Shown piece after piece: positions 9,296-18,803 of a stretch of DNA of 64,000 bases. The DNA comes from Planctomycetota bacterium (GTDB lineage: Bacteria; Planctomycetota; PLA2; JAEUHO01). Positions within the stretch are counted from its first letter, which is position 1; every line of letters begins with the position of its first letter. A program made the position numbers and the translations under genes. The stretch covers positions 416,001 through 480,000 of the forward strand of contig CBDCTJ010000003.1 in NCBI GenBank assembly GCA_965222115.1. The letters run 5' to 3'. Under the pieces are notes generated by a model. It had not been told where the DNA came from. It was given only the letters and a program-made list of their open reading frames with translations, and searched no databases.

Positions 9296-11044
9296 ATGTC
9301 CTTTCCGGACAAATCCGAAGCCGACGCTCCTTGGTCCTGCGAAGACGGGTCCTGGGATGAAGGTCTGTGGACGCCTTGGATGGGCGACGGCGAGGATGAC
9401 GAGTACGAGGAAGACGAAGAACCCGGCGAAGACGACGACTGGGAATGGGAGTACGACGACGACGACGAGGACGATGAGGAAGAGGACGCGGAGGATTCGG
9501 ACGACGACGAAGACGAAGCTGTTGAGGGCGATGAAGAAGACGGTGACTACGAAGGCGATGACGATGAAGAGGATGACGACGAGTGGGAGTATGAAGACGA
9601 TGAGGATGAGGTAGACGGCGACGAAGAGGCTGAAGATGAAGATGTGGACGCAGAAGACGAAGAGTGGGAATACGACGATGAAGACGAAGTGGATGATGAG
9701 TTAGCAGATGAAGATGACGTCGATGAGAACACGAATAAGGACGCGGCCTCCAGTTCTTCGGACGACCCTCGCGAGCTAACGGCATCTGCGGCGAAGAACA
9801 GGGAGGATGCAAGCGTGCTACCTCGCGCCGACGAAGCCGCGCCGCCCCCCACAGAACCTGCGCCACATGACGTGGAGGATGGAACCGAACAAAAACGCAT
9901 TGATACACGCGCCGAGCATGGCCGAAGCGGCGAGTTGGACGTGCTTGCGCTCGAACCATCAGACACCATCGACGATACGGTGCTCAACGTAGACGCGGAC
10001 GATGAGGAAACCGAGGTGCTGCCGAATACCCTGGGTGCAATGGAGCCTGCCGCCGATGCAGTGATAGAACCCGACGAGTCGACTGATATCAACGTCGAGG
10101 AGAAATCTGATTCTGCCGAGGACGAAGCGCTTGCTCTCGATGAGACGTCCGGCGGTGCAATCACCACAAACGAAGAAGCGCCACTTCATATTCCGCTAAG
10201 CGATGAGCCCGCCTCCACGCCTACATCCACGACACGCACAGGGATCGACCGACAAGTGCTTTGGCTCGCGGGCACGCTGGTGGCGCTGCTGCTCTTGGTG
10301 CTGCTGCTAAACCACCTAAAATCTAAGCGAGCTCAAGCACCTCTAAAAGCGGGCGCTCCCGCTGCGCTTCAATTAACGGGTCGCGTCCCCCGCATGGTGC
10401 GGGTGGGCAAACCGTTCCGCGTACGTCTTGCCGCGACGAACATAGGGGCGCACCCCCTTGATGATCATGAGATCATTGTGCGGGTCGACGATGTATTTCG
10501 GATGGCAGAAAAAACGGGCAACAAATCGGTCATCAAGACGCTCGATACGGGCGATCACCGCATCGTCGAATTCATTTTGATTGCCACAAGGCCCGGCGCT
10601 CACAATTTCGACGCGGTAACGCACGATAAACGAGGTAGTGCATGCGCCGGTCGGTTGTTTCGAATCGACGCGATACCTCAAGGTTCTACGATCGAACTGG
10701 ACGAGCGCGAAATGAAGGGGACGCCCTTCGCGCTAACGCTGAATACTCGAGCACCTGAGTTCGGACGCGTCAAAAAGTCTTTTGTCGTGCACGCGCAGAT
10801 TCAAAACACCGGGAACGGCGTGCTCGAAGATCTCATTGTCTCATTCTTTCCCTTTGACGGTGTAAGCCGCGAGGACAACGCTCAGATGCGCTACATGGTT
10901 TCAGATCTGAGCCCCGGTCAAAAACTAGATTTCAAGGCAGCCTTCAGCGCCGATGTCCCTGGAGAACGACTGGTTCGCGTCTCAGTTCGCGATCGGAACA
11001 ACTGGACCGCGGCGACCTCCCATCAAATCATCGAGATCCGATAG
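9296..11044 (+). CDS. Hypothetical single-pass membrane protein: very acidic N-terminal region, TM helix, two Ig-like (CARDB/DUF11-like) domains
   Basis: Long D/E tract; hydrophobic VLWLAGTLVALLLLVLLL; two similar beta-rich units (TNIG/QNTG, LDTGD/LSPGQ, RPG/VPG); starts 2 nt after the pntB stop. Confidence 0.7.
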   Translation: MSFPDKSEADAPWSCEDGSWDEGLWTPWMGDGEDDEYEEDEEPGEDDDWEWEYDDDDEDDEEEDAEDSDDDEDEAVEGDEEDGDYEGDDDEEDDDEWEYEDDEDEVDGDEEAEDEDVDAEDEEWEYDDEDEVDDELADEDDVDENTNKDAASSSSDDPRELTASAAKNREDASVLPRADEAAPPPTEPAPHDVEDGTEQKRIDTRAEHGRSGELDVLALEPSDTIDDTVLNVDADDEETEVLPNTLGAMEPAADAVIEPDESTDINVEEKSDSAEDEALALDETSGGAITTNEEAPLHIPLSDEPASTPTSTTRTGIDRQVLWLAGTLVALLLLVLLLNHLKSKRAQAPLKAGAPAALQLTGRVPRMVRVGKPFRVRLAATNIGAHPLDDHEIIVRVDDVFRMAEKTGNKSVIKTLDTGDHRIVEFILIATRPGAHNFDAVTHDKRGSACAGRLFRIDAIPQGSTIELDEREMKGTPFALTLNTRAPEFGRVKKSFVVHAQIQNTGNGVLEDLIVSFFPFDGVSREDNAQMRYMVSDLSPGQKLDFKAAFSADVPGERLVRVSVRDRNNWTAATSHQIIEIR

Positions 11045-11069
11045 CCGGTCAGGGCAGGAAATGCCATCG

Positions 11070-14000
11070 CTAATGTGCCAACTGCTCCTTCGCCCGCTTG
11101 ACGAAGATCTCACGAGACGGGCGCGCGAGGCCTGGTCGATACCCTTTGACAAGTTCCGGTCGATGGCGGAGGAATACGGACCAGGCTTCCTTGCGCACGT
11201 TTTCATCGGCATCATCGAGCCGCTCGGCGCACGCGATGAGTAGCGGCAAGATGGCGCGACCGCCGGCAATGGTCCTGCATGCCCGTTCGCGTGTAGGTGC
11301 ATGAGCGTGGGCTAGTAGGTGCGTCAACTCGGCGACGAATGCACCTCGCAAGTTCCAGTGAGCGACTTCGTCCATCGCCGACAAGCGCGGAACATCGGAT
11401 TCACTGGCCATCAATGTCTTCAGTTGCGTGTCGCTAGCGTCAAGTACCCGTGAGAGCCCGGCCAACAATGCCCGATGCACCGCCGGCGCATCCTGTCGAA
11501 TGACCTTGAGCCTCTTGATTGCTACCGCGCACCCCCACGTGCCATGTTCCTTGGCCATGGCCGCAACGCGCTTGGCCGCGGTGCGCAACGCCCGCTTGCG
11601 ATCGGCGTCGAGCGCCCCGCGCAGCTCGTCAAATGCGGGAGCCAGAAACGTCGCAACCGATTCGCCGCACGGGGCCATGTCGGCAAAGACCCATGCCAGA
11701 TCCGGCGGGATCGTCGCTTTGTCATTGTCAAGCCGCGCGCGGAGCACACGCGAGAATCGTTCCAGCGCTTTCGCTGCCGAAGGTGCCCACGAATCGTCGG
11801 TACAACGCTTCACCGCGTGAAGCGCATGCTCACAGTGACCGCGGGTGAGGGCGGCTGCTACGTAGGCCTTCAGCACGTCCAAACGCTCACTAGCAAAGGG
11901 ATCGTCATCGCTCAACAACGGCGGCAAACATGCATCGAGCAGGCGCTCGGCTTGTTTGCGTGCGTCGCCGCGTTCTTGATCGCTTGAATCGGTTCGTTTC
12001 GCGCGCCCAAGCAGCGCCATCGCTTTAGAGAGTGCTTGTCGCCGAAGCGCGCGCACGCGGCGCCACGCAAGCACGCGATCACCAGGAATGAGGTCCCGCG
12101 CCTTGGCATACCCGTCGGCGGCTTCGTCGAGCGCATCATCGCGAAGTTTCCGCACGGCTCGAATCTCGGGATGACCCGGAGGCAGAGCACGCAATGAAAT
12201 GCTCAGAAACGCCGCTTCGCCATCGCGCCAGCGTGCCGCCAATGCCAAACGTGTGGCATTACGCACAGCCGTGCCGTCGCGAGACGTCCACCACGGCTGT
12301 CCGGTGGGCACATCTTCGTCATCAACCAAGGTGGCGAGATAAGCGAGGGTTCGATGCAAATAGGGGGTGTTGAGGCTTGCACGAGGTGTCGGGCGAAACT
12401 CGGGATAGGGGTCGGCATCCGAGATCACGCGAAAGTGCGCTACATCGATCCCGGGAGCGGGCGACGCGAGCACCTGTTTGCCCGAAGCGATGTAGGCGGC
12501 GGCCAATGCGCGCGGCGTCGCCAGGCCCGACGCTGAAAGATCATCCTCAATCGTGGAGACGCGCCGCGACCATGCCCTTTCTGAGGGGTACACGCCGTTG
12601 CTCTTGCGTCCAATCAACGCCGTTGACTGTTCAAAGAACCACAGCGAGCCATCGGGAAAGACCTCGAAGAATGTGCGCAGAAACGCCGCGTAGAGCGGCG
12701 CGGGCATAGCGTGAACGGGCACCCACTGACACACAATACCGTCCGGTGCCAAGCGTTCGTGGCACAGCTCATAGAACTCGCGCGTATAAAAGGGAAGCCC
12801 GTGGGGACTGTAGGGCATGAGCGGTTCAAGCGTGATCACGTCCAGGGGTGTGTCACGCAACAAAAGGGCATTGCGACCGTCGTCTTTCACAATACGTGTT
12901 CGCGAATCGGCGAGCACGTTTCGATTCACGTGTTTGAACGCATCCGCGGCTTCGAGCACACTCGAACTCAACTCGACAACCGTAATCTCTTTGACGTCGT
13001 CGTGCATGGCCACGGCACCTGCGGTGGTGCCCGTCCCAAATGCAATCACCATGGTGCGCGCGGGCGTTGGTGCCAACAGACACGGCAAGTGACCGAGCAT
13101 ACGCATGTAGCGATAACTCGCGCCGGTCGCGGCGGCAGGAAAATCATCGGTGTAGAGATAGCGCTCGCCGCCCGGGAGGTCCACCACGCTCACCGTGGTG
13201 GTTGCATCGGTCGATACCGACGTGAGCGCGCGTCCATCGCGACCTTGCATGACCGCGGAATGCGTGACGAGCGTTTCGGCATTGGTCATTGGCAGAGGTA
13301 TCAAAATCGCAACCACACCCGCGAGCGCAAACGCAAGACGAGGAACGCGATCGCGCACCACCAACAGAAACGCTACGAGCAACGCAAGGCACGCAATCGC
13401 GGTCCACGTCGCCAATACGCCTTTCCAGGGCACAAGCACAAACGTACACAGTAGTGGCGCTGTAACCGTGCCCAGGCTGTTGAAGAGGTACGTGGATCCA
13501 ACGGCGTCTCCCGGCGAGGCACCGTCCGCTTCGGCGATGCGAACACACACGGCAAATGTGGCCCCGAGTACGAATGCGGGCAAGAAGAGTAAGCACGCCG
13601 CGCCAAGCGTGGCCGAAACGCCAAGGGCGCGAGCAATGTCGGCGGGTGAACGCACGGTCGCGAATTGATCGGCTTTGATTCCGCGCATGATGGACTCGAA
13701 CTGCGGCATCAACACATAGACCGCGACGAGCGCCAATGCGGCGTAGAGCGCCAACAGGGCTGCAAGCGTTCGACGTGGGCGCTTGGTGCGCGTGGCCAGC
13801 GGACCAATCACCAAACTGCCGAGCCCGAGCCCGGCGATGAACACGCCGAGCATAGCGGTGAATGCGGTGGTGAATCCCTCGAGGAAAAACACCAAGATAC
13901 GAAAGCCCGCAAGTTCACATCCAAGTCCAATGAATCCGCAAAGAAACGCCAGAATGCGCGCGTCCCAAGGCGACCGACCGGATGCAGCTAATGGTTCTCG

Positions 14001-14696
14001 CGTGGCGGTGGGGTTTGCGTTTCCATCGTGCGCCGTCAGGGACACGATGAATGCAAGGGCCGCGGCAAGCAGGCCCAAGGCGATCCCCATCCAAAGCACG
14101 ATGGGCACGCCGAAACGCTCCATGACAACCATGCCCGAGACAAAGCACCCCGCCACCGCGCCCACCGTATTGATGCCATAGAGCGGCGCCGTAGACCGCC
14201 CGGCCATGCCCCGCTTGGTTTGCCATGCCACGACCATGGCGGGCAGCGTTGCGCCGAGCAGGAAAGCGCAGGGCACGACAACGATCGCCGCAACAAGCAA
14301 ACGCAAAGGCATATGCATCCACGCGCCACCGCCGGATGCAATCGATACATACACCGACGAAAGCAGCTTGATGATCCATGGCGCCAGCAACGCAAGGAGG
14401 GCCGCCCCCACTTCACAGCGTGCGTAAAGGCGTAAGGCCTCGCGCGGTCCGGATTGATCGACGCGCGGTCCTGCCCAACGCGCTCCTACGCCCAGCCCGC
14501 CCACAAACAGCGCCAACAAAATTGCTGACGTGACCGCGGTATGGCCCAGCACCAAGAGCAATTGACGCGACCAAACGATCTCGTACGTGAGTCCCGCAGC
14601 ACCGGACAAGAGAAACGCCAGCAGGAGCAGGGCGCGATAGCCTCGATGGGGTTTGGATGAAGAAGTCGATGCTTCGCTTGTGAACTCGCTCGTCAC
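11070..14696 (-). CDS. Fused membrane (MFS-like)/spermidine synthase-like methyltransferase with long helical C-terminus
   Basis: FLLSGAAGLTYEIVWSRQL, LYGINTVGAVAG, FGTGTTA, VEL, DDGRNAL, DVITLEP, FYTREFY and QWVP motifs. Confidence 0.85.
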   Translation of the reverse strand: MTSEFTSEASTSSSKPHRGYRALLLLAFLLSGAAGLTYEIVWSRQLLLVLGHTAVTSAILLALFVGGLGVGARWAGPRVDQSGPREALRLYARCEVGAALLALLAPWIIKLLSSVYVSIASGGGAWMHMPLRLLVAAIVVVPCAFLLGATLPAMVVAWQTKRGMAGRSTAPLYGINTVGAVAGCFVSGMVVMERFGVPIVLWMGIALGLLAAALAFIVSLTAHDGNANPTATREPLAASGRSPWDARILAFLCGFIGLGCELAGFRILVFFLEGFTTAFTAMLGVFIAGLGLGSLVIGPLATRTKRPRRTLAALLALYAALALVAVYVLMPQFESIMRGIKADQFATVRSPADIARALGVSATLGAACLLFLPAFVLGATFAVCVRIAEADGASPGDAVGSTYLFNSLGTVTAPLLCTFVLVPWKGVLATWTAIACLALLVAFLLVVRDRVPRLAFALAGVVAILIPLPMTNAETLVTHSAVMQGRDGRALTSVSTDATTTVSVVDLPGGERYLYTDDFPAAATGASYRYMRMLGHLPCLLAPTPARTMVIAFGTGTTAGAVAMHDDVKEITVVELSSSVLEAADAFKHVNRNVLADSRTRIVKDDGRNALLLRDTPLDVITLEPLMPYSPHGLPFYTREFYELCHERLAPDGIVCQWVPVHAMPAPLYAAFLRTFFEVFPDGSLWFFEQSTALIGRKSNGVYPSERAWSRRVSTIEDDLSASGLATPRALAAAYIASGKQVLASPAPGIDVAHFRVISDADPYPEFRPTPRASLNTPYLHRTLAYLATLVDDEDVPTGQPWWTSRDGTAVRNATRLALAARWRDGEAAFLSISLRALPPGHPEIRAVRKLRDDALDEAADGYAKARDLIPGDRVLAWRRVRALRRQALSKAMALLGRAKRTDSSDQERGDARKQAERLLDACLPPLLSDDDPFASERLDVLKAYVAAALTRGHCEHALHAVKRCTDDSWAPSAAKALERFSRVLRARLDNDKATIPPDLAWVFADMAPCGESVATFLAPAFDELRGALDADRKRALRTAAKRVAAMAKEHGTWGCAVAIKRLKVIRQDAPAVHRALLAGLSRVLDASDTQLKTLMASESDVPRLSAMDEVAHWNLRGAFVAELTHLLAHAHAPTRERACRTIAGGRAILPLLIACAERLDDADENVRKEAWSVFLRHRPELVKGYRPGLARPSREIFVKRAKEQLAH

Positions 14697-14772
14697 CGGG
14701 CTATCGTCTCACGCCCCGACAACTCCCACAATCGGAGACTCCTTCAAATCGTCACTTGAGAATTGGAGACCC

Positions 14773-15195
14773 ATGGATCGCGTTCTCTTTGCCTGTGTCC
14801 ACAACGCCGGTCGCTCCCAGATGGCGGCGGCCTGGATGCGCTTATGTGCCGACCCCAAGCGTGTACACGTGCTTAGCGCCGGAACGAATCCGGGCGAACA
14901 CGTGCATCCCGTGGTGGTGGATGCCATGGCCGAAGTGGGCGCCGACCTAAAGGCCATCAAACCCATACGCCTCACCGCCAAGTTGGCAGGCGACGTAACC
15001 ACGTTGATCACGATGGGCTGCGGCGAAGCGTGTCCCGTGATGCCGGGTGCCGAGGTCGAGGACTGGCCGCTGCGCGATCCCAAAGATTTGCCGCTGGTAT
15101 TCGTGCGCGCCATACGAGACGTCATTCGCGACCGCGTCTACGACCTCGCTACGCGCAAGGGTTGGCTTGCCGAAGAAGTTGAAAGTAATTCTTAA
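14773..15195 (+). CDS. arsC: Arsenate reductase / LMW-PTP family protein
   Basis: LFACVHNAGRSQMA, SAGT, ITMGCGEACP and DWPLRDP motifs. Confidence 0.88.
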   Translation: MDRVLFACVHNAGRSQMAAAWMRLCADPKRVHVLSAGTNPGEHVHPVVVDAMAEVGADLKAIKPIRLTAKLAGDVTTLITMGCGEACPVMPGAEVEDWPLRDPKDLPLVFVRAIRDVIRDRVYDLATRKGWLAEEVESNS

Positions 15196-15266
15196 TCGTC
15201 AATCGCGGACGTGACGATTCGCAAACGGGTACTTGGCGGACGTATCTCGTTGCGCTCGGAGTTTTG

Positions 15267-15476
15267 CTACTCGCCCATCATGTCTAGGGCGCGCTGCGCA
15301 AGACGAATGGTCTTGAGGCGTTCGCGAGAACGGCGACGGCGGCGCTCGCTGGGCTTCTCGTAGTAGGCGTGGCGCTTGAGTTCGCGAGTGATGCCCTCGT
15401 TGTTGCAAAGCTTGCGAAGGCGACGAAGGGTCTTATCGAGCGCCTCGTTAGACTTTGACTGAACACGTATGGCCAT
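15267..15476 (-). CDS. rpsU: 30S ribosomal protein S21
   Basis: LRRLRKLC..EGI.RELKRHAYYEKPSERRRR; GGAG SD upstream. Confidence 0.95.
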   Translation of the reverse strand: MAIRVQSKSNEALDKTLRRLRKLCNNEGITRELKRHAYYEKPSERRRRRSRERLKTIRLAQRALDMMGE

Positions 15477-15502
15477 GCGGACTCCACCAACTCTTTCTGA
15501 TC

Positions 15503-15550
15503 TGCGATTCGACGGACTTGCGATTCGACCGACTTGCGATTCGACCGACT
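15503..15550. repeat. 16-bp tandem repeat TGCGATTCGAC(G/C)GACT x3 upstream of rpsU
   Basis: Three adjacent units read directly. Confidence 0.93.
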
Positions 15551-15963
15551 ACGTGCCCGTCATACAAGAATCGTGCGCCCCAGGGCACACAAGCGCGAGA
15601 GCGTAGACGGCAAGTGGGGCTCGGACAAGACCCGCCTGGTGTCGCCGCCTCGATTTTCATGACAAATTCGTGACGCGCTGAGAGCCGAGATGCCCGGAAT
15701 CCTGCCGCGAAGCACCGAAACAGAGGCCTTTCGATAACCGATCTGAAAGGGGGGGTACGGACCCTTCGTCCAAGCGACAGCGTCGTGCGGAGGAATTCCG
15801 CGCCTCCGGCGGGTCGAGCGGCCTCATGGGAGGGGTCGCTTGCATTTCCGCCTGCGCTACGAACGATGGCCGTCGCCTCGGCGATGGCTGCCCATCCGCT
15901 GCCGGCCCCATCCTTGCGATGACCCGGTAAGACCATTTGCCCAATCCCAAGGGAGAAGATCGC

Positions 15964-18570
15964 ATGCAGCGTCTTCGTCATTCGATGCCCGGCTCTTCTC
16001 GTTCCTCCTCGCCAGATAGAGACGAACTTGGAAACAAGCGCAGGTCTGGATGGGCCGCGCTCGCCCTGGGGATTGTGCTCGCCTTGCTGATCGGCGTGGC
16101 GCCAAGCTTCGTGTCGCACACAAGCACGTCGCCGGATTCGGCCTTCGCCGCCGACCCGGAAGAGATCGTCACCATCAACGCCACCGAAACGGTCAAGATG
16201 GAGGACTTCCTGGCGCTGGTCAGCAAGTCGCTCGACACGCCCCTGGTCTGGGACCCCACCGAACGCAATATCAAGGGCAAAGCCATCAAGGGTGGCATTC
16301 GACTCACGTCCAAGCGCAAGCACCTCTTCGGCATCGTACGCGCTCTACTAACATTTTACGAACTCGCGATGATTCCCGTGGGTCCCGGCGAATACCAGGT
16401 GCAGCTCATCATCGACACCAAGCAGCAAGGTCGCATTCTGCGCCTCAAGCCGGAATACGTAAACGTGACCGACGAGAACGTTGGAAGCCTCGCCAATGAG
16501 GATGGTCGCTTCATCACGACCACGATCAAGGTCGAGAACATGTCCGAGTTACAGAATGCGCGCAATGCGTTTTCGCGCATCTCGTCCCAAAACCTTGGGC
16601 AAGTCACGGAAGTCCCCCAAGCCAAAGCCTTCGTGGTGACCGACTTTGCGCCCAACGTGGTTGCCATCTATCGCCTCTTGAAGGAGATGGACGTGCAGCC
16701 CGAAGGGAAAGAGATTCGCGCCGAGTACCGCGCGTTGCAGCACGCGACGGCGGATGAGATTGAGCCCATTCTTCAGGACCTCTTCACCGGCAACACCCGC
16801 CCCGGCGCCAGTAACACACGCCCCAACCGTCCACGCTCACCCAATAACCGTGGCTCCACATTCGTGGATGAAGATCCCGAGCCGCAGATCATCGGCGACG
16901 CGCGTACAAATCAGATCATCATTTGGGCCACCAACGACGACATTCAATCGATCCTCGAGGTCATTGACCGCCTCGACCAAGAGACGTTTCTGCCACAAGA
17001 CAAAGTCCACGTCATCAAACTCAAGAACTTGGAGGCGGTGGAAACTGCCGATGTGCTTACGCAGTTGATCGAGGCCGCGAGCATCTTTGGTACCGATCAA
17101 GCGGTATCGGGCCGTTCGGGCAATCAGGGCCGGGCCAACGCAACCGGACGCGTGGGCGACGTGAACGATCCGCGCCTTCAGCCCAAGCCCGCCGTGGTTG
17201 CCGACGAGAAGAGCAATAGCCTCATCGTCGCAGGCACCAACAAGCAGTTTGAAGAGATCAAGCGCGTTGTTTCGCAGATTGACGTGCAAAAAGATCAGGT
17301 GCTTATCGAGGCCGCGCTCGTCGAGCTCACGCTGGATGATGCGTATACACTCGCATTTGAACTTGGCGCCGCCGACGACAATGGCCTTGTCAATAACGAC
17401 GCTGCTAGCGCGTTCGGATTCACCTCCTACGGCCAGACGACGTTTGCCGACAAGAACGGCGACACGTTCTTTACCGACCGCATTCCGCCCTTCGTGGACG
17501 ACGGCACCATCGCCGCGCCACGTGGCTTGGTGGGCGGTATCTTCGCCTTTGGTCAAGTGCCGTTGATCATGAACTTGCTCAATCGCGTCCAGCGCAGCCG
17601 TATCTTGCAGCTTCCCAGCATCTTGACCGCCGATAACGAACCGGCCGAAATGGAAGTCAAAGACGAGCAGGCCTATTCATCGTCAAACGCCAGTCAGGGC
17701 GGCGCGGTTGGCAGTGGCCTTGGTGGCTTTGAGGAAGCGGGTACCACGCTTCGCATCTCGCCCCACATCGCTGATGGCAACTACTTGCTACTCAACATCT
17801 ATCTGGAGGTTTCGGCTTTCGTCGGTGAACCCCGCACGCTGCCAAGCGGTGACGTGATTCCTGCCGATAAGATTCGTCGTACGTTGCAGACCGCCGTCAA
17901 CTGCCCGGATCGCCACACAGTGGTTCTCGGTGGATTGATGGGCAAGAACCAAACCAGCACATTGGAACAGGTACCCGGCGCGGCCGACTTGCCTTTGATT
18001 GGCGAACTCTTCAAGAGCACCAACAAGCGAGACCGCGATACGAGCCTCTTCCTCTTCGTAACGCCCACCATCATGACCGGCAAAAACGCCTTCGACGTGC
18101 TCGACATTGAGTCGTGCCGTCGCAAGCAGAAGGCCGATGAGCTGATCGGCTACACCGAGATCTACAACTCCCAGTTCGTGGGTTGCGAACTGCAAGACGG
18201 GGCCACCGGCCAGTACAACAAGAAGGGTGACAAATGCGGTTCGTGCAACAACCGTAACACTGGCTCGAATGCTGCGACGGGTTGCGGCTCCTACGGCACC
18301 ATACCGCGTCCCTCGATTGTGCCCGGCTCCGGAAGTGCATCAGACCGCATGGAACGGGTGGGCCTCCTTGAGACCACACGCTTTTCCGGCTTTAGCCGCA
18401 AGCGCCTCAACGCAGAGAGCGCCGCACGCCGGGCAGTCTTGCGCGGTTCCGCGGGACGCAGCAGCTCGAAGGCTGCGCCCAGTGACCGCAATGCGGCAGC
18501 ACGCGCTGCGCTTCGTCGTCGCGCCCTGCGTTCCGGCACCCCGAACGTTGTCCCGGTCGGCGCACGCTAA
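15964..18570 (+). CDS. gspD: Type II secretion secretin GspD
   Basis: Signal-like N-terminus; Secretin_N repeats (D.RTNQII, DEKSNSLIV); QVLIEAALVEL, GTTLRISPHI and VPGAADLPLIGELFKS...LFLFVTPTI secretin motifs. Confidence 0.93.
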   Translation: MQRLRHSMPGSSRSSSPDRDELGNKRRSGWAALALGIVLALLIGVAPSFVSHTSTSPDSAFAADPEEIVTINATETVKMEDFLALVSKSLDTPLVWDPTERNIKGKAIKGGIRLTSKRKHLFGIVRALLTFYELAMIPVGPGEYQVQLIIDTKQQGRILRLKPEYVNVTDENVGSLANEDGRFITTTIKVENMSELQNARNAFSRISSQNLGQVTEVPQAKAFVVTDFAPNVVAIYRLLKEMDVQPEGKEIRAEYRALQHATADEIEPILQDLFTGNTRPGASNTRPNRPRSPNNRGSTFVDEDPEPQIIGDARTNQIIIWATNDDIQSILEVIDRLDQETFLPQDKVHVIKLKNLEAVETADVLTQLIEAASIFGTDQAVSGRSGNQGRANATGRVGDVNDPRLQPKPAVVADEKSNSLIVAGTNKQFEEIKRVVSQIDVQKDQVLIEAALVELTLDDAYTLAFELGAADDNGLVNNDAASAFGFTSYGQTTFADKNGDTFFTDRIPPFVDDGTIAAPRGLVGGIFAFGQVPLIMNLLNRVQRSRILQLPSILTADNEPAEMEVKDEQAYSSSNASQGGAVGSGLGGFEEAGTTLRISPHIADGNYLLLNIYLEVSAFVGEPRTLPSGDVIPADKIRRTLQTAVNCPDRHTVVLGGLMGKNQTSTLEQVPGAADLPLIGELFKSTNKRDRDTSLFLFVTPTIMTGKNAFDVLDIESCRRKQKADELIGYTEIYNSQFVGCELQDGATGQYNKKGDKCGSCNNRNTGSNAATGCGSYGTIPRPSIVPGSGSASDRMERVGLLETTRFSGFSRKRLNAESAARRAVLRGSAGRSSSKAAPSDRNAAARAALRRRALRSGTPNVVPVGAR

Positions 18571-18748
18571 CAAGTGGGTTCCTGCGCCACGCGCAGGCGA
18601 CATCGCAAGGGACATTGACCAAGAGTTGAACGTCCCCTCGGGTCGATTGCTCGGGTAAGATCTCGGCATTCGTCGTGAGTAGATGAGCGTCTCGGTCGTC
18701 TCATACGACATATCCATCCGGCAAATTGTCGGGAGCCAGGGCGCGCGT

Positions 18749-18793
18749 GCGCCCACATATTTGGCGCCCACGTATCGGGCGCCCACATATTGG
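18749..18793. repeat. 15-bp imperfect tandem repeat GCGCCCAC(A/G)TAT(T/C)(T/G)G x3 just upstream of gspE
   Basis: GCGCCCACATATTTG, GCGCCCACGTATCGG and GCGCCCACATATTGG read directly. Confidence 0.9.
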
Positions 18794-18803
18794 GGTCGAC
18801 CGC

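Noticed and set aside
8469-10167. Long minus-strand ORFs (496 aa His/Arg/Leu-rich; 206 aa poly-Ser)
   Set aside because: Antisense shadows of pntB and of the D/E-rich coding tract
15448-16323. 291-aa minus-strand ORF
   Set aside because: Overlaps gspD antisense and has no family signal
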